Virus record (IMG/VR): IMGVR_UViG_3300006922_000026
Coordinates: 1-56,304 of that record
Length of the DNA: 56,304 bases
Strand: one strand, 5' to 3'
Source of the DNA: a virus
Taxonomy: Duplodnaviria; Caudoviricetes
The notes beneath the pieces were generated by a model. It was not told the origin of the DNA. It ran no database searches and worked only from the letters and a program-made list of their open reading frames with translations. Below, piece after piece: positions 1-8,387 of the stretch. Within the stretch, counting starts at the first letter, position 1. Each line of letters opens with the position of its first letter. Made by a program: the position numbers and the translations under genes.

Positions 1-766
1 CCGCCCAATCCTTTTCCTGATCTGTTGCGTTTGCAGATAGTTTAGGTGGGTTAAGTACTTCGTTAAGTTCGTTGATTTCAGGCAAGTAACACTCTTTTAA
101 TTTTCTTGCATGAGCCTGTGTTACTTTAAATTCATAAAAATGTTTTTTAAAGTCAAAGCCTTTAGGGTTAAACTTCAAAGGATCATCAGACCATTCATCT
201 AACCAACCTTGTGGCTTCTCGTCCATTATACACATCTGTGCCCATATACGTTCTTGTATAGTAGGCTGGTGTGCTTTTTTCTTTTTTTCTATTTCTGCTT
301 TTGCTTCTGCTTCTTCAGTGGCAAATGCTTGTGCTTTGAATTGTAGTTCTCCAAGCCAAACGTCAATGCTAACATTCATTGGTTTAGGAGTACCCATTGT
401 GCCTGGTAAACTTTCCCAATACTTATTGTATTCTTCATTGATGTTAGGTTTACCTAACTGTAACATTCTACACATTGCACCGAGTGTACTGTTAAAGCGA
501 TTCTCAGGAACCTTTTTAAAACTATCTACATGCTGTCGCCACTTATCGCTCTTGTCCATGTATTCAAGAGTCCAACGTTTAAAGTCTGCTCCTTTACATT
601 CCAGTCGATAGTAGTCTAATGCTTTGTTTGTTCTTCTGCCGAAGTTCTCTGGAGTACAGTCCTTTAGTTCTTCTTCCGTCCACAACACCTCACCTGTAAC
701 ACTCTTTTGTCGACGAACAGGTTTCTTCCTTCTCGATGTTTTTCCTTTTAGGGCGGTCAATGCCAT
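1..766 (-). CDS. Conserved large-phage hypothetical protein (truncated by window edge)
   Basis: ATG at 766 with GAGGAG RBS, open to window edge (MALTALKGKTSRRKK...PTIQERIW...); missing from ORF track because it has no stop in the window. Confidence 0.8.
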   Translation of the reverse strand, partial: MALTALKGKTSRRKKPVRRQKSVTGEVLWTEEELKDCTPENFGRRTNKALDYYRLECKGADFKRWTLEYMDKSDKWRQHVDSFKKVPENRFNSTLGAMCRMLQLGKPNINEEYNKYWESLPGTMGTPKPMNVSIDVWLGELQFKAQAFATEEAEAKAEIEKKKKAHQPTIQERIWAQMCIMDEKPQGWLDEWSDDPLKFNPKGFDFKKHFYEFKVTQAHARKLKECYLPEINELNEVLNPPKLSANATDQEKDWA

Positions 767-791
767 TTGTAAATCTCCTCACGTTTTGTAT

Positions 792-819
792 ATTATATAG
801 TCTAATAATTAAAAGTCAA
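792..819 (-). promoter_or_regulatory. Sigma70-type promoter
   Basis: TTGACT-16 nt-TATAAT upstream of ATG at 766. Confidence 0.6.
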
Positions 820-836
820 GCAAAAATGGCTTATAA

Positions 837-1061
837 CTATTCTTGTTCGGTGTTTACTGTACCACCTTCGGCTCTAAACAGTCTTCGTAAAAACCATTTA
901 TGTTGTAGATAATAATCTTGTAAAGTGTAATCAACTTGGCGTTGTTCCCATTCCATAATCTCATCTTTGTGCTTCATCCAAATCTCTTGGACAAAGGATT
1001 TCCAATTACTGATTCGGGGTGCTGTAGAGATGTCGGGCCAGACAGTTTCGTCTACTCTCAT
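837..1061 (-). CDS. Hypothetical protein
   Basis: 74 aa ORF tiled with neighbours on the coding strand. Confidence 0.65.
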   Translation of the reverse strand: MRVDETVWPDISTAPRISNWKSFVQEIWMKHKDEIMEWEQRQVDYTLQDYYLQHKWFLRRLFRAEGGTVNTEQE

Positions 1062-1065
1062 ATGA

Positions 1066-1254
1066 CTACTCTGATGTAAGGCTAACTAATGGATCGCTAT
1101 AAAACGAATCGTGGTAGTCACCGTTCTTTTGGAAGTTACGTACTGAAGTTTCTTTGATAAACATACCATCTTTCTTTGTGTATGTGGTATACTCTGATCT
1201 TATCATACCTTCAGTGTCACGTTCAACATGTTGCTTCATTGGACCTTCTTTCAT
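1066..1254 (-). CDS. Hypothetical protein
   Basis: 62 aa ORF, start overlaps upstream stop, GGAG RBS. Confidence 0.65.
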   Translation of the reverse strand: MKEGPMKQHVERDTEGMIRSEYTTYTKKDGMFIKETSVRNFQKNGDYHDSFYSDPLVSLTSE

Positions 1255-1484
1255 TATACTATCTCCTCTACAATTCCAAGTACTTCAGCAAGGAATAACA
1301 TTACACCTGATAACATCATTAAGAACCCTACTTCAGTTATAAAAAAATCTGTATACATCAGTTCACCTGTCCACAAGTTATATCCTGCCCAGGCAAGTAA
1401 ACCTGATGCTACAAATCTAAAAATACTTTTTACAATACTGACCGCAAAGTGACCATCACCCGGATCTTTGTTTGCTATTTTCAT
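1254..1484 (-). CDS. Small membrane protein
   Basis: Two hydrophobic helices, AGGAG RBS. Confidence 0.7.
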   Translation of the reverse strand: MKIANKDPGDGHFAVSIVKSIFRFVASGLLAWAGYNLWTGELMYTDFFITEVGFLMMLSGVMLFLAEVLGIVEEIV

Positions 1485-1492
1485 ACTTACTC

Positions 1493-1873
1493 CTATTCGT
1501 GTTCCCCACCAGGATCATTTGGATCCAATGGCACCTTATGTGCAATACCATTCTTGTCACGATAGATAGTATAGTTTCTACCTCTACCATGTGAATGATA
1601 CCCATTCTTAAACTTAAATGCACCTGGGTTGGTTTCTGCAACTTTAAATGTAGCAACAGTAATAACAACTGCGGCAACAAAAATTACGTGTCCAATGGCA
1701 CTATACATAAATGCCGTAATACTATTAATAACCATAATAGCAAATACACTTGACCACATGAATGCTAAAATCTGCATAACCATGTGTCTAACCATCAAGT
1801 CGGGAATGTTCTTCAACGGATTGTGTTCTGCATCCATAACACTATTCCAACTCTGTACTACAAACTGTCTCAT
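1493..1873 (-). CDS. Membrane hypothetical protein
   Basis: Two TM segments; ATGA overlap with ligase stop; GGAG RBS. Confidence 0.75.
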   Translation of the reverse strand: MRQFVVQSWNSVMDAEHNPLKNIPDLMVRHMVMQILAFMWSSVFAIMVINSITAFMYSAIGHVIFVAAVVITVATFKVAETNPGAFKFKNGYHSHGRGRNYTIYRDKNGIAHKVPLDPNDPGGEHE

Positions 1874-3219
1874 GCTTTTTCTCCTTTATACTCACGAAAC
1901 GACTTAAATCTTGGAAAACGTAAACTATACGTTTCCGAGTCTTGCGACTGTGTTCGAGCATCTGCTCTAATTTCAATTAACTGACCAATGAGACTATCAC
2001 GTGCAGTCCAGTACTCATCACGTTGACTATCAGTGAAGCCGCTCCCACAGTTAAGGTGATAATTGTATCCATCATCTTCTCCTTCTACTATTACGGCACC
2101 TAATCTTCCTGCATTACGTCCAGTACCTTCCTCGACGTCAACGACTTTTAGTGTAATCTCAATAAATGGTTTTGCCTTTAACCAAGCATGTGTTCGCTTA
2201 CATTCGTAGGGTGCGTCAATGTCTTTGATCATTACACCTTCATAACCACCGTCTACGGCCGTCTTATTAAGCTCTACAAAGCGTTCTTGGCCTTCGGGAG
2301 TGTCTAAGTCTACATCTTCCCACTCAAGTGCTTGTACGTGCTTTAAAACGTCCTGGTTGCTTTCTACCCAATGTTTAGTAATTGCACTTCTTGTTGACTG
2401 TGGTTTGTCCCAACCACCTTGTTTGAAATCGGATAATGGAATAGTATCAAACAAATGCAATACTGCATCTTTGGCTGTACCACCACTCTTTCTATGTACC
2501 TGTTTCATTAAGTCTTGGAAGTTAGCACTCATTACCTCACCGTCTAACACAAGGTCATATGGTGCAGGCTTATCTTTGAGTACTGTTTTAATTTCTTCAA
2601 TGATGTGATCAAAGTTATGAAACTGCTTACCATTACGACTAAACATTTCTACTTTGTCACCTTGTATAATTGTAATAACTCTTACGCCATCAAGTTTAAC
2701 TTCAATTTGTTTCTTACCTGACATCTTCTTTTCATGATTGGCAGAGTCGTGTGCTAATGCACAAGTGAATGTAGGGATAACATATTTTGTTTCACCCTTC
2801 ATGTTAAATCTTTTAGCAACTTTGTTTACTGTCTTTTCACTTACTCCACAACGTAAATCTTTAATAAGGATCCTACGATAAAAACCATTCCACTGATCTG
2901 CCGTTGCTGAACTCATTACAAGTTCGATAGCATCACGTGCCGCATGTCCTGTAAGTTCTCTTGCAATTAGTTTATCTGCAAGTTCTTTGAATACTGGCCA
3001 AGCACAACCTTGTGCTGATAGCACTTCATTCTCTGCTTTTTCTGGAACTTGTTTAACGCCAAATGTTACAAGTGGGTCAAGTGCCATTGTTACACCTTCG
3101 AAGAACTCATCAAGTCCTTCACCCATAGCACTGAATACGATAGTTTCTTTGTCTAACCTACCGTTGTGCTGTTCAAGTTTGTAAATTACGTCCTGTGGTT
3201 GTGTTCTCATGTTTTTCAT
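1870..3219 (-). CDS. lig: ATP-dependent DNA ligase
   Basis: Motif I EVKLDGVR, motif III LDGE, motif IV EGVMIK, motif V WLKAK, C-terminal OB fold with SLRFPRF. Confidence 0.95.
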   Translation of the reverse strand: MKNMRTQPQDVIYKLEQHNGRLDKETIVFSAMGEGLDEFFEGVTMALDPLVTFGVKQVPEKAENEVLSAQGCAWPVFKELADKLIARELTGHAARDAIELVMSSATADQWNGFYRRILIKDLRCGVSEKTVNKVAKRFNMKGETKYVIPTFTCALAHDSANHEKKMSGKKQIEVKLDGVRVITIIQGDKVEMFSRNGKQFHNFDHIIEEIKTVLKDKPAPYDLVLDGEVMSANFQDLMKQVHRKSGGTAKDAVLHLFDTIPLSDFKQGGWDKPQSTRSAITKHWVESNQDVLKHVQALEWEDVDLDTPEGQERFVELNKTAVDGGYEGVMIKDIDAPYECKRTHAWLKAKPFIEITLKVVDVEEGTGRNAGRLGAVIVEGEDDGYNYHLNCGSGFTDSQRDEYWTARDSLIGQLIEIRADARTQSQDSETYSLRFPRFKSFREYKGEKA

Positions 3220-3249
3220 ATTTGCCTCTTATTGCCTAATTATGTTACT

Positions 3250-3278
3250 ATTATACGATCTAAATACCAAAAAGTCAA
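3250..3278 (-). promoter_or_regulatory. Sigma70-type promoter for ligase
   Basis: TTGACT-17 nt-TATAAT. Confidence 0.75.
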
Positions 3279-3305
3279 CCTCTTTTTAATCCAAATCCAA
3301 ATAAC

Positions 3306-3416
3306 TTAATCCTTTTCATTTTCTTTGATACGTTCAATAAGATCTAATATTTCTTCTAACAAGTTGTTGTCCTGATCTTTTTCAGTATCCAATTCAACTT
3401 CTAATTTAATTTTCAT
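3306..3416 (-). CDS. Small acidic hypothetical protein (36 aa)
   Basis: MKIKLEVELDTEKDQDNNLLEEILDLIERIKENEKD; ATGA overlap with upstream ORF; below ORF-track cutoff. Confidence 0.55.
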   Translation of the reverse strand: MKIKLEVELDTEKDQDNNLLEEILDLIERIKENEKD

Positions 3417-3685
3417 GTTTTACCTTTGTCTACCCATTCCTTAAATTCAATTTTAAACTCATCCGCTTTCTCTTGTGTTTCAAAATGATAAGAGTGCGAA
3501 TATACGTATGTCCATGTGTCCATACCCCATTCCCAACGTTGCATGTTACGTCTACACCAATCTTTACATTGTATATGTAGATCACTGTGTACGTCAACAG
3601 TTACACCAGGCTTCCATCTAAGTTTGTATTCAAACAATTCTTGTGGAGTCATTTTTGATTTATCCATTATACTGCTCTTATCCAT
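3413..3685 (-). CDS. Hypothetical protein
   Basis: 90 aa Trp-rich ORF tiled with neighbours. Confidence 0.7.
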   Translation of the reverse strand: MDKSSIMDKSKMTPQELFEYKLRWKPGVTVDVHSDLHIQCKDWCRRNMQRWEWGMDTWTYVYSHSYHFETQEKADEFKIEFKEWVDKGKT

Positions 3686-3843
3686 CTTATACCGATGTAC
3701 AGTATCAAACTTACAATTACCATTAACGCAGGCGATTCTGTAGTAATGCCAGCAATAATTGTTCCGACTATAGATACAAAGAATGCTACTTTGTCTGTTT
3801 TATCATCTTCTGGATGCATATCAATATACTTGTCTTTCCACAT
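3667..3843 (-). CDS. Small two-TM membrane protein
   Basis: Start revised to ATG 3843 (AAGGA RBS); the annotated upstream part overlaps a TTGACA...TATATT promoter. Confidence 0.6.
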   Translation of the reverse strand: MWKDKYIDMHPEDDKTDKVAFFVSIVGTIIAGITTESPALMVIVSLILYIGIRWIRAV

Positions 3844-3915
3844 AGGGTCGTCCTTAACTGTTATTATATTTAATATACAGTCAAAGTATACAGTTGTCAA
3901 CCGGAATTAGTTCAA

Positions 3916-4971
3916 TTATTGGTAAGGGTCAATATCCAAATACTTACCCCATTCGGAATAGTAATGGCGCATACCTACTTCATCATGGATAGTTCCATTT
4001 TCATGTCTACCATGTAGTATGCGTCTATTCTCTGTTCCTTCACGCATTGTAGTACCTTGCCCAGCAACTCCGATTAGATCCTCGTGGAGGTTGCGACCAA
4101 ATGGTCCCCATATACTGTTATGATGTTTGATTCGTGTCAAACGTTCTTCTTTAGTATCTTTTTTTAGTCCGTATCCCCTAAACTCAATCAGTACACGGTT
4201 AGGACCTAATGGAGTTACTGAGTCACTGCGATATGCACTTCCACGTAGATTAAAATTGAATCCAGGAAACAAGTCTACCATATACCATTGGTTGGGCGGT
4301 AGGTTAGGAAAGGACAGTTCGCCTCTATCTTCGAAGCCGTCATACTCCTCATAGTTTACTGTGAAACTGCTTACGTTTACATGCCCGTTATCAAACGGTA
4401 TATTCTTACGTGCAAAGTATTCATCGTTGAATCCACTTACACGATTAAAGTAGTGCATGAAGTCATGATAAAATTCACTGTTGGTATCATGCCATAGTTT
4501 GTAGTTTGTATCTATGATTGCTTTGTGGTAATGGAACACTTCCATTTCTTCTGTGTCAATAGCATCAGCAATGCAATCAAATGCACCTGCTGTCCATTGT
4601 TCTACACTCTGCGTAGGATTAGGATCAAGTGTTACCCATACCATACCTCCGTGCTTTACTTCGCTGTGTAGTTGTGGCTCAACTGTTACAATAGGTGCTT
4701 CGAGTGTACCAGCAGGACCGTTTATACCGTAGTTACGATATGCTCTAACACCGTTGCCTGTATTATATGCAATAACATCAACGCCTGCTATCTGTGTTGT
4801 TCGGTAGTCTAATTCGTTATACATCTCTGAGATGTGACACATAGGTACCCATACTTTACTAAAGATACGTTCTTGCTCTTGTGCAAATATTTCTGGGTTG
4901 TTATATGCTGAACTGCTGATTGATTCTACGTTTGGTTGTGCTAACCAACTCTTATGATTACGTGGTGGCAT
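3916..4971 (-). CDS. Ring-hydroxylating (Rieske-family) oxygenase alpha subunit homolog lacking Rieske cluster ligands
   Basis: N-terminal Y..PEIF..EQERIF..W; catalytic domain NYKLWHDTNSEFYHDFMH, LFPGF and EDL..Q (2-His-1-carboxylate); no CxH...CxxH. Confidence 0.85.
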   Translation of the reverse strand: MPPRNHKSWLAQPNVESISSSAYNNPEIFAQEQERIFSKVWVPMCHISEMYNELDYRTTQIAGVDVIAYNTGNGVRAYRNYGINGPAGTLEAPIVTVEPQLHSEVKHGGMVWVTLDPNPTQSVEQWTAGAFDCIADAIDTEEMEVFHYHKAIIDTNYKLWHDTNSEFYHDFMHYFNRVSGFNDEYFARKNIPFDNGHVNVSSFTVNYEEYDGFEDRGELSFPNLPPNQWYMVDLFPGFNFNLRGSAYRSDSVTPLGPNRVLIEFRGYGLKKDTKEERLTRIKHHNSIWGPFGRNLHEDLIGVAGQGTTMREGTENRRILHGRHENGTIHDEVGMRHYYSEWGKYLDIDPYQ

Positions 4972-4998
4972 GTTTTCTCCTTATGCTATATTTAAATT

Positions 4999-5027
4999 AT
5001 TATAGCACAGAAAAATGCCTAAGTCTA
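4999..5027 (-). promoter_or_regulatory. Sigma70-type promoter with extended -10
   Basis: TAGACT-17 nt-TATAAT preceded by TG. Confidence 0.55.
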
Positions 5028-5057
5028 ATAGGCTGTGTCTATTACTTAATAGTCTTT

Positions 5058-5134
5058 TGGCGCACCCGACAGGACTCGAACCTATTACCTTATGTTCCGC
5101 AAACATACGCTCTATCCAGATGAGCTACGGGTGC
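5058..5134 (-). tRNA. tRNA-Arg (GCG)
   Basis: GCACCCG/CGGGTGC acceptor stem, D-arm TAGCTCATCTGGATAGAGC, anticodon arm TATGT-TTGCGGA-ACATA, GTTCGAGTC T-loop, encoded CCA. Confidence 0.92.
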
Positions 5135-5141
5135 AGTCGAA

Positions 5142-5303
5142 TTACATCAAAGATGATTGAATAAAGTTTGAAACTTTTTCAACTGCTTCTGATATACTCT
5201 GGCCATTTTCTGCCAACTGTGCTTTACCTTGTTCCCAACTATTCTTTTGGTACTCGATAATGCTTTCCTTCTCAGCAACTAACCAGTTTTTTATATTTTC
5301 CAT
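5142..5303 (-). CDS. Small hypothetical protein (53 aa)
   Basis: MENIKNWLVAEKESIIEYQKNSWEQGKAQLAEN...; AGGAG RBS and own promoter; below ORF-track cutoff. Confidence 0.7.
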   Translation of the reverse strand: MENIKNWLVAEKESIIEYQKNSWEQGKAQLAENGQSISEAVEKVSNFIQSSLM

Positions 5304-5324
5304 AACATCTCCTTTGTTATGAAT

Positions 5325-5353
5325 AGTATATAAGATCGCACCCGTATTGTCAA
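5325..5353 (-). promoter_or_regulatory. Sigma70-type promoter
   Basis: TTGACA-17 nt-TATACT. Confidence 0.75.
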
Positions 5354-5365
5354 GTATTATTTTGG

Positions 5366-5557
5366 TTACTTGTTATCATGGTTAATCGATATATGTTTCA
5401 AAACTTTACCAGAATTTGGTCCAGTTGTAACAGTATACCCAGTCGTACCATTTCCATACACGTTTACTTCGCTACGAGTTTTCATAAGGATTTTCTCCTT
5501 GCGTTCTCTCATTTTTTGCTCACGGTATGATTTAAGTAGGTAATCGTATCTGTTCAT
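5366..5557 (-). CDS. Small basic protein downstream of glutamine riboswitch; possible IF7/IF17-like glutamine synthetase inactivating factor
   Basis: AGGAG RBS; RKEKILMKTRSEVNV resembles the IF7 core RQQSMLSRAAAEIGV by eye. Confidence 0.6.
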   Translation of the reverse strand: MNRYDYLLKSYREQKMRERKEKILMKTRSEVNVYGNGTTGYTVTTGPNSGKVLKHISINHDNK

Positions 5558-5580
5558 TACACTCTCCTTTTTACAGTTAA

Positions 5581-5630
5581 GTGCGTTCCTTCGGCTTTGC
5601 GCCTACTTCCGGCCTTTTTTCGGCTGAACG
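5581..5630 (-). ncRNA. glnA-type glutamine riboswitch
   Basis: CGUUC-A-GCC(loop)GGC-C-GGAAGUA-GGC(loop)GCC-GAAG-GAACG-CAC: P1 CGUUC/GAACG, three-way junction and E-loop GGAAGUA/GAAG of the glnA RNA motif. Confidence 0.85.
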
Positions 5631-5638
5631 TTGTATAT

Positions 5639-6016
5639 CTATTTAGTCTTAGTCTGGTAGTCTTTTATTGCTGATTTGATTGCATCTTCGGCAAGTACAC
5701 TGCAATGTATCTTAACTGGCGGTAAAGCAAGTTCTTCTACAATGTCCATATTCTTAACTGCTGATGCTTGATCTAATGTCATTCCTTTTACCATTTCAGT
5801 TACTAAACTTGAACTTGCTATTGCACTACCGCAACCGTAAGTTTTGAATTTAGCATCTACAATAACATTATCTTCAACCTGGATTTGTAATTTCATTACA
5901 TCACCACATGCAGGAGCACCTACCATACCTGTTCCTATGTTTTGCTGTTTTGGATTGAAAGAACCTACGTTGCGTGGATTTTCGTAATGGTCAAGTACTT
6001 TTTCGGAGTATGCCAT
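5639..6016 (-). CDS. iscU: Fe-S cluster scaffold IscU
   Basis: YSEKVLDHYENPRNVG, GAPACGD, GCGSAIAS, LPPVKIHC. Confidence 0.97.
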   Translation of the reverse strand: MAYSEKVLDHYENPRNVGSFNPKQQNIGTGMVGAPACGDVMKLQIQVEDNVIVDAKFKTYGCGSAIASSSLVTEMVKGMTLDQASAVKNMDIVEELALPPVKIHCSVLAEDAIKSAIKDYQTKTK

Positions 6017-6069
6017 AATAGTCTCTGTAGTTTAACTACATTTATTTAGTAGAGTAGTTTTAAGAAGTC

Positions 6070-6100
6070 AAAAAAATAGGCGACACAAAGGCCGCCTATT
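6070..6100 (-). terminator. Intrinsic terminator
   Basis: AATAGGCG/CGCCTATT stem followed by T-tract on minus strand. Confidence 0.75.
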
Positions 6101-6120
6101 TAAGAAAATAACAAATGCTA

Positions 6121-6390
6121 TTAGTTGTCTAATAGACCTTTTGCCATTGCTTTGTAACCAGCACCGATAACCGCTTTAGGAGCCTTAGTTCCCATTACGT
6201 ATCTTGATACTTTCGTACCTCTGCTGTTTTTTCTTGTGTTCAAGAACACTGGGTGTCCAGCAAATCTTAAAGATTGTACAACCGCTTGTGGATTGCCAGC
6301 CTTATATCTGTTCTTGATGTCTGCACTTGTAAGTGCTTTACCGTCTTGGAGTGCAGTAAGTACTCTTTCTTGAATTGTAGTTTTAGTCAT
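6121..6390 (-). CDS. Basic winged-helix-like DNA-binding protein
   Basis: QERVLTALQDGKALTSADI...VVQSLRFAGHPVF helix-turn-helix-like pattern; AGGA RBS. Confidence 0.6.
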   Translation of the reverse strand: MTKTTIQERVLTALQDGKALTSADIKNRYKAGNPQAVVQSLRFAGHPVFLNTRKNSRGTKVSRYVMGTKAPKAVIGAGYKAMAKGLLDN

Positions 6391-6461
6391 TATAACTTCT
6401 CCTATATATAATTAAAGTTTACTCAAGTTGCGGTAAAGATACTATCTCTACCAACTATTAC

Positions 6462-6490
6462 ATTATACACTAATTTGTCAACAAAGTCAA
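6462..6490 (-). promoter_or_regulatory. Sigma70-type promoter
   Basis: TTGACT-17 nt-TATAAT. Confidence 0.7.
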
Positions 6491-6559
6491 ACACTAATGT
6501 AACCAAAAGTTGTATAGGTCACCCAAAGAACACTGCCGAACAGTGTCTTTTGTTCTTTC

Positions 6560-7138
6560 TTAGTCGTTGAAAGTAATTTTGTCATTGCTTACGACCTTAG
6601 TTGTAAATGTAATCATATTCACAGCATGATCCAATTTATTTGGTGTAATGTGTCTTGCCAAATGTGCAGGAGTTATAATTAATCGACCTTTGTCGATAAT
6701 AAACTTCTCGCTTGGTGCTGTGTATAGACTCAGTGATTTCTCTACTGGAGTCGATATTGGATTGTTAAAAGGTGCTTCAACAATCAAATCAATACTTTCC
6801 TTCTGTGCAGTTGGAAAGTAATGACCAATAAACAGACTGTTATCAAATGATTTTGAATCAACACCTTTACCAGACTCAATATTTTCATAATATGAATCTG
6901 CTACTTCGTGATACTCAACACTATACTCGTTTGTGTATGATTTGATACAGTCGTTAATTGATTTCTTTAGTAAAGGCAATGTATCTAATACATTTTCTTC
7001 TACACTGTCTTTGTTAATTAAGTCAAAAACTTTTGGCTCTTCTGCCGGGTGATACCCTGTTAAATCAAACATACCTACACAAGTAGGAAAGATGCTAAAA
7101 AATTCACTCGGGTGTAATGTGTCTGTTTGATGATGCAT
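6560..7138 (-). CDS. Degenerate TIGR02466-like 2OG-Fe(II) oxygenase fold protein
   Basis: IFPT start, NSLFIGHYF and GRLIITPAHL..PN pattern, but the HxH iron ligands are missing. Confidence 0.55.
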   Translation of the reverse strand: MHHQTDTLHPSEFFSIFPTCVGMFDLTGYHPAEEPKVFDLINKDSVEENVLDTLPLLKKSINDCIKSYTNEYSVEYHEVADSYYENIESGKGVDSKSFDNSLFIGHYFPTAQKESIDLIVEAPFNNPISTPVEKSLSLYTAPSEKFIIDKGRLIITPAHLARHITPNKLDHAVNMITFTTKVVSNDKITFND

Positions 7139-7755
7139 TATTCTACCGCCACTGCTTCTGAACTCATTGCACTCATTTCTATGTTGTCTGATTGCATGTT
7201 TGCCTGTTGTTCTTTGACCTCTTTCAAGTAAGTCAACATTTTTTCTGGAGTAGTTTCAATGTATGGATCAGCATCTGAACCTTCATTATTGATTCCAGGC
7301 TCTTGCCACCATGCTTCAACAACACCATCGTTGACAACTGTCATGTAACGCCAACTTCTATTTCCAAAACCTCTATGGTTCTTACCAATAAGCATACCCA
7401 TGTAACGTGTAAAGTTTCCGCTACCATCTGGAATAACTTTTACATTATTAACTTTGAGTATTTCAGCCCATGCATTCATTACAAATGTGTCATTAACTGA
7501 ACAACAGTATACTTCGTCAATACCTAACGATTTGATAGTATTGTAGTTTTCTTCAAAACTTGGTAATTGTGTTGATGTACATGTTGGTGTAAACGCACCT
7601 GGTAAACTAAACAACACAACACGTCTACCTTTGAAGTAATCGTCTGTTGTCATTGTTGTCCACATACCTTCGTCAAAACTACAACCGTCGTCTAAGACTG
7701 AGTCGCCAGTTCTAACTTGGAACGTTGTATTTGGGATTTTAAATCCTTTAATCAT
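7138..7755 (-). CDS. Peroxiredoxin (Prx5/redoxin family)
   Basis: SLPGAFTPTC, SVNDTFVMNAW, RSWRY. Confidence 0.95.
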   Translation of the reverse strand: MIKGFKIPNTTFQVRTGDSVLDDGCSFDEGMWTTMTTDDYFKGRRVVLFSLPGAFTPTCTSTQLPSFEENYNTIKSLGIDEVYCCSVNDTFVMNAWAEILKVNNVKVIPDGSGNFTRYMGMLIGKNHRGFGNRSWRYMTVVNDGVVEAWWQEPGINNEGSDADPYIETTPEKMLTYLKEVKEQQANMQSDNIEMSAMSSEAVAVE

Positions 7756-7776
7756 TTTGTCTCCTCGTAGTTAAAA

Positions 7777-7852
7777 TGGTGCCGATTCACAGATTCGAAC
7801 TGCGGACCTACTGATTACAAATCAGTTGCTCTACCAACTGAGCTAAACCGGC
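7777..7852 (-). tRNA. tRNA-Thr (TGT)
   Basis: GCCGGTT/AATCGGC acceptor stem, ACTGA-TTTGTAA-TCAGT anticodon arm, GTTCGAATC, CCA. Confidence 0.95.
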
Positions 7853-7860
7853 TGATACAT

Positions 7861-8157
7861 TTAATTATCAGCAGTTACAGGTACAGGACCTACTTCTTGG
7901 ACCCTGTCGTAACGAAAACTGCGCCAACCCTTGGCATTTATGTCCCAAACTGTTACAGTTCCTTCTTTGCCAGGCTTGTCAGTTTTTGGTTTATTCTCTT
8001 CTGGAATAATATCGTAGGACTTTGTACAATCCATTATTCTTTTGTCGCCATCCAATTTTAAAAATGTTACTTGTAGCACTTCTTTGCGAAGTTGTTCGTT
8101 TAGTACTTCAACAGTTGGAATGCCTTTCATGTCTGCAATTTCTTTTTTAATATCCAC
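7861..8157 (-). CDS. SH3/WYL_2-like (DUF2693-type) phage protein
   Basis: FLKLDGDKRIMDCT...VWDINAKGWRSFR; start revised to GTG 8157 with GGAG RBS. Confidence 0.8.
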   Translation of the reverse strand: MDIKKEIADMKGIPTVEVLNEQLRKEVLQVTFLKLDGDKRIMDCTKSYDIIPEENKPKTDKPGKEGTVTVWDINAKGWRSFRYDRVQEVGPVPVTADN

Positions 8158-8371
8158 GAATAACTCCATTAAGCCAATTTTGTCCACATGACTCAGCATA
8201 GGGTTTACTATGCCCTGCCATTGATCTACTTTCAACCAATTTGCCATGCTCATACATCTTAACAATGTATTCCTTTTGTTCTACAATCTCAAAAGTTCTT
8301 GAGTGTAATGCTTGTTGATCAAACACCCCTTTTAACTTCTTAGCCATTTTACTTTTATTTCCTGTTGCCAT
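8147..8371 (-). CDS. Hypothetical protein
   Basis: Start revised to ATG 8371 (MATGNKSK) with GGGAG RBS. Confidence 0.65.
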   Translation of the reverse strand: MATGNKSKMAKKLKGVFDQQALHSRTFEIVEQKEYIVKMYEHGKLVESRSMAGHSKPYAESCGQNWLNGVIRGY

Positions 8372-8387
8372 ATTATCTTCTCCCTTC

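Noticed and set aside
5338-5346. GCACCCGTA matching the 5' end of tRNA-Arg in inverted orientation (possible att site or antisense element)
   Set aside because: Only 9 nt, lies in a promoter spacer, and no integrase is present; likely chance
6524-6551. Hairpin ACACTG/CAGTGT resembling the one at 26070-26095
   Set aside because: Short stem; most simply an ordinary terminator after the 6560 gene, and the similarity is too short to call a repeat family
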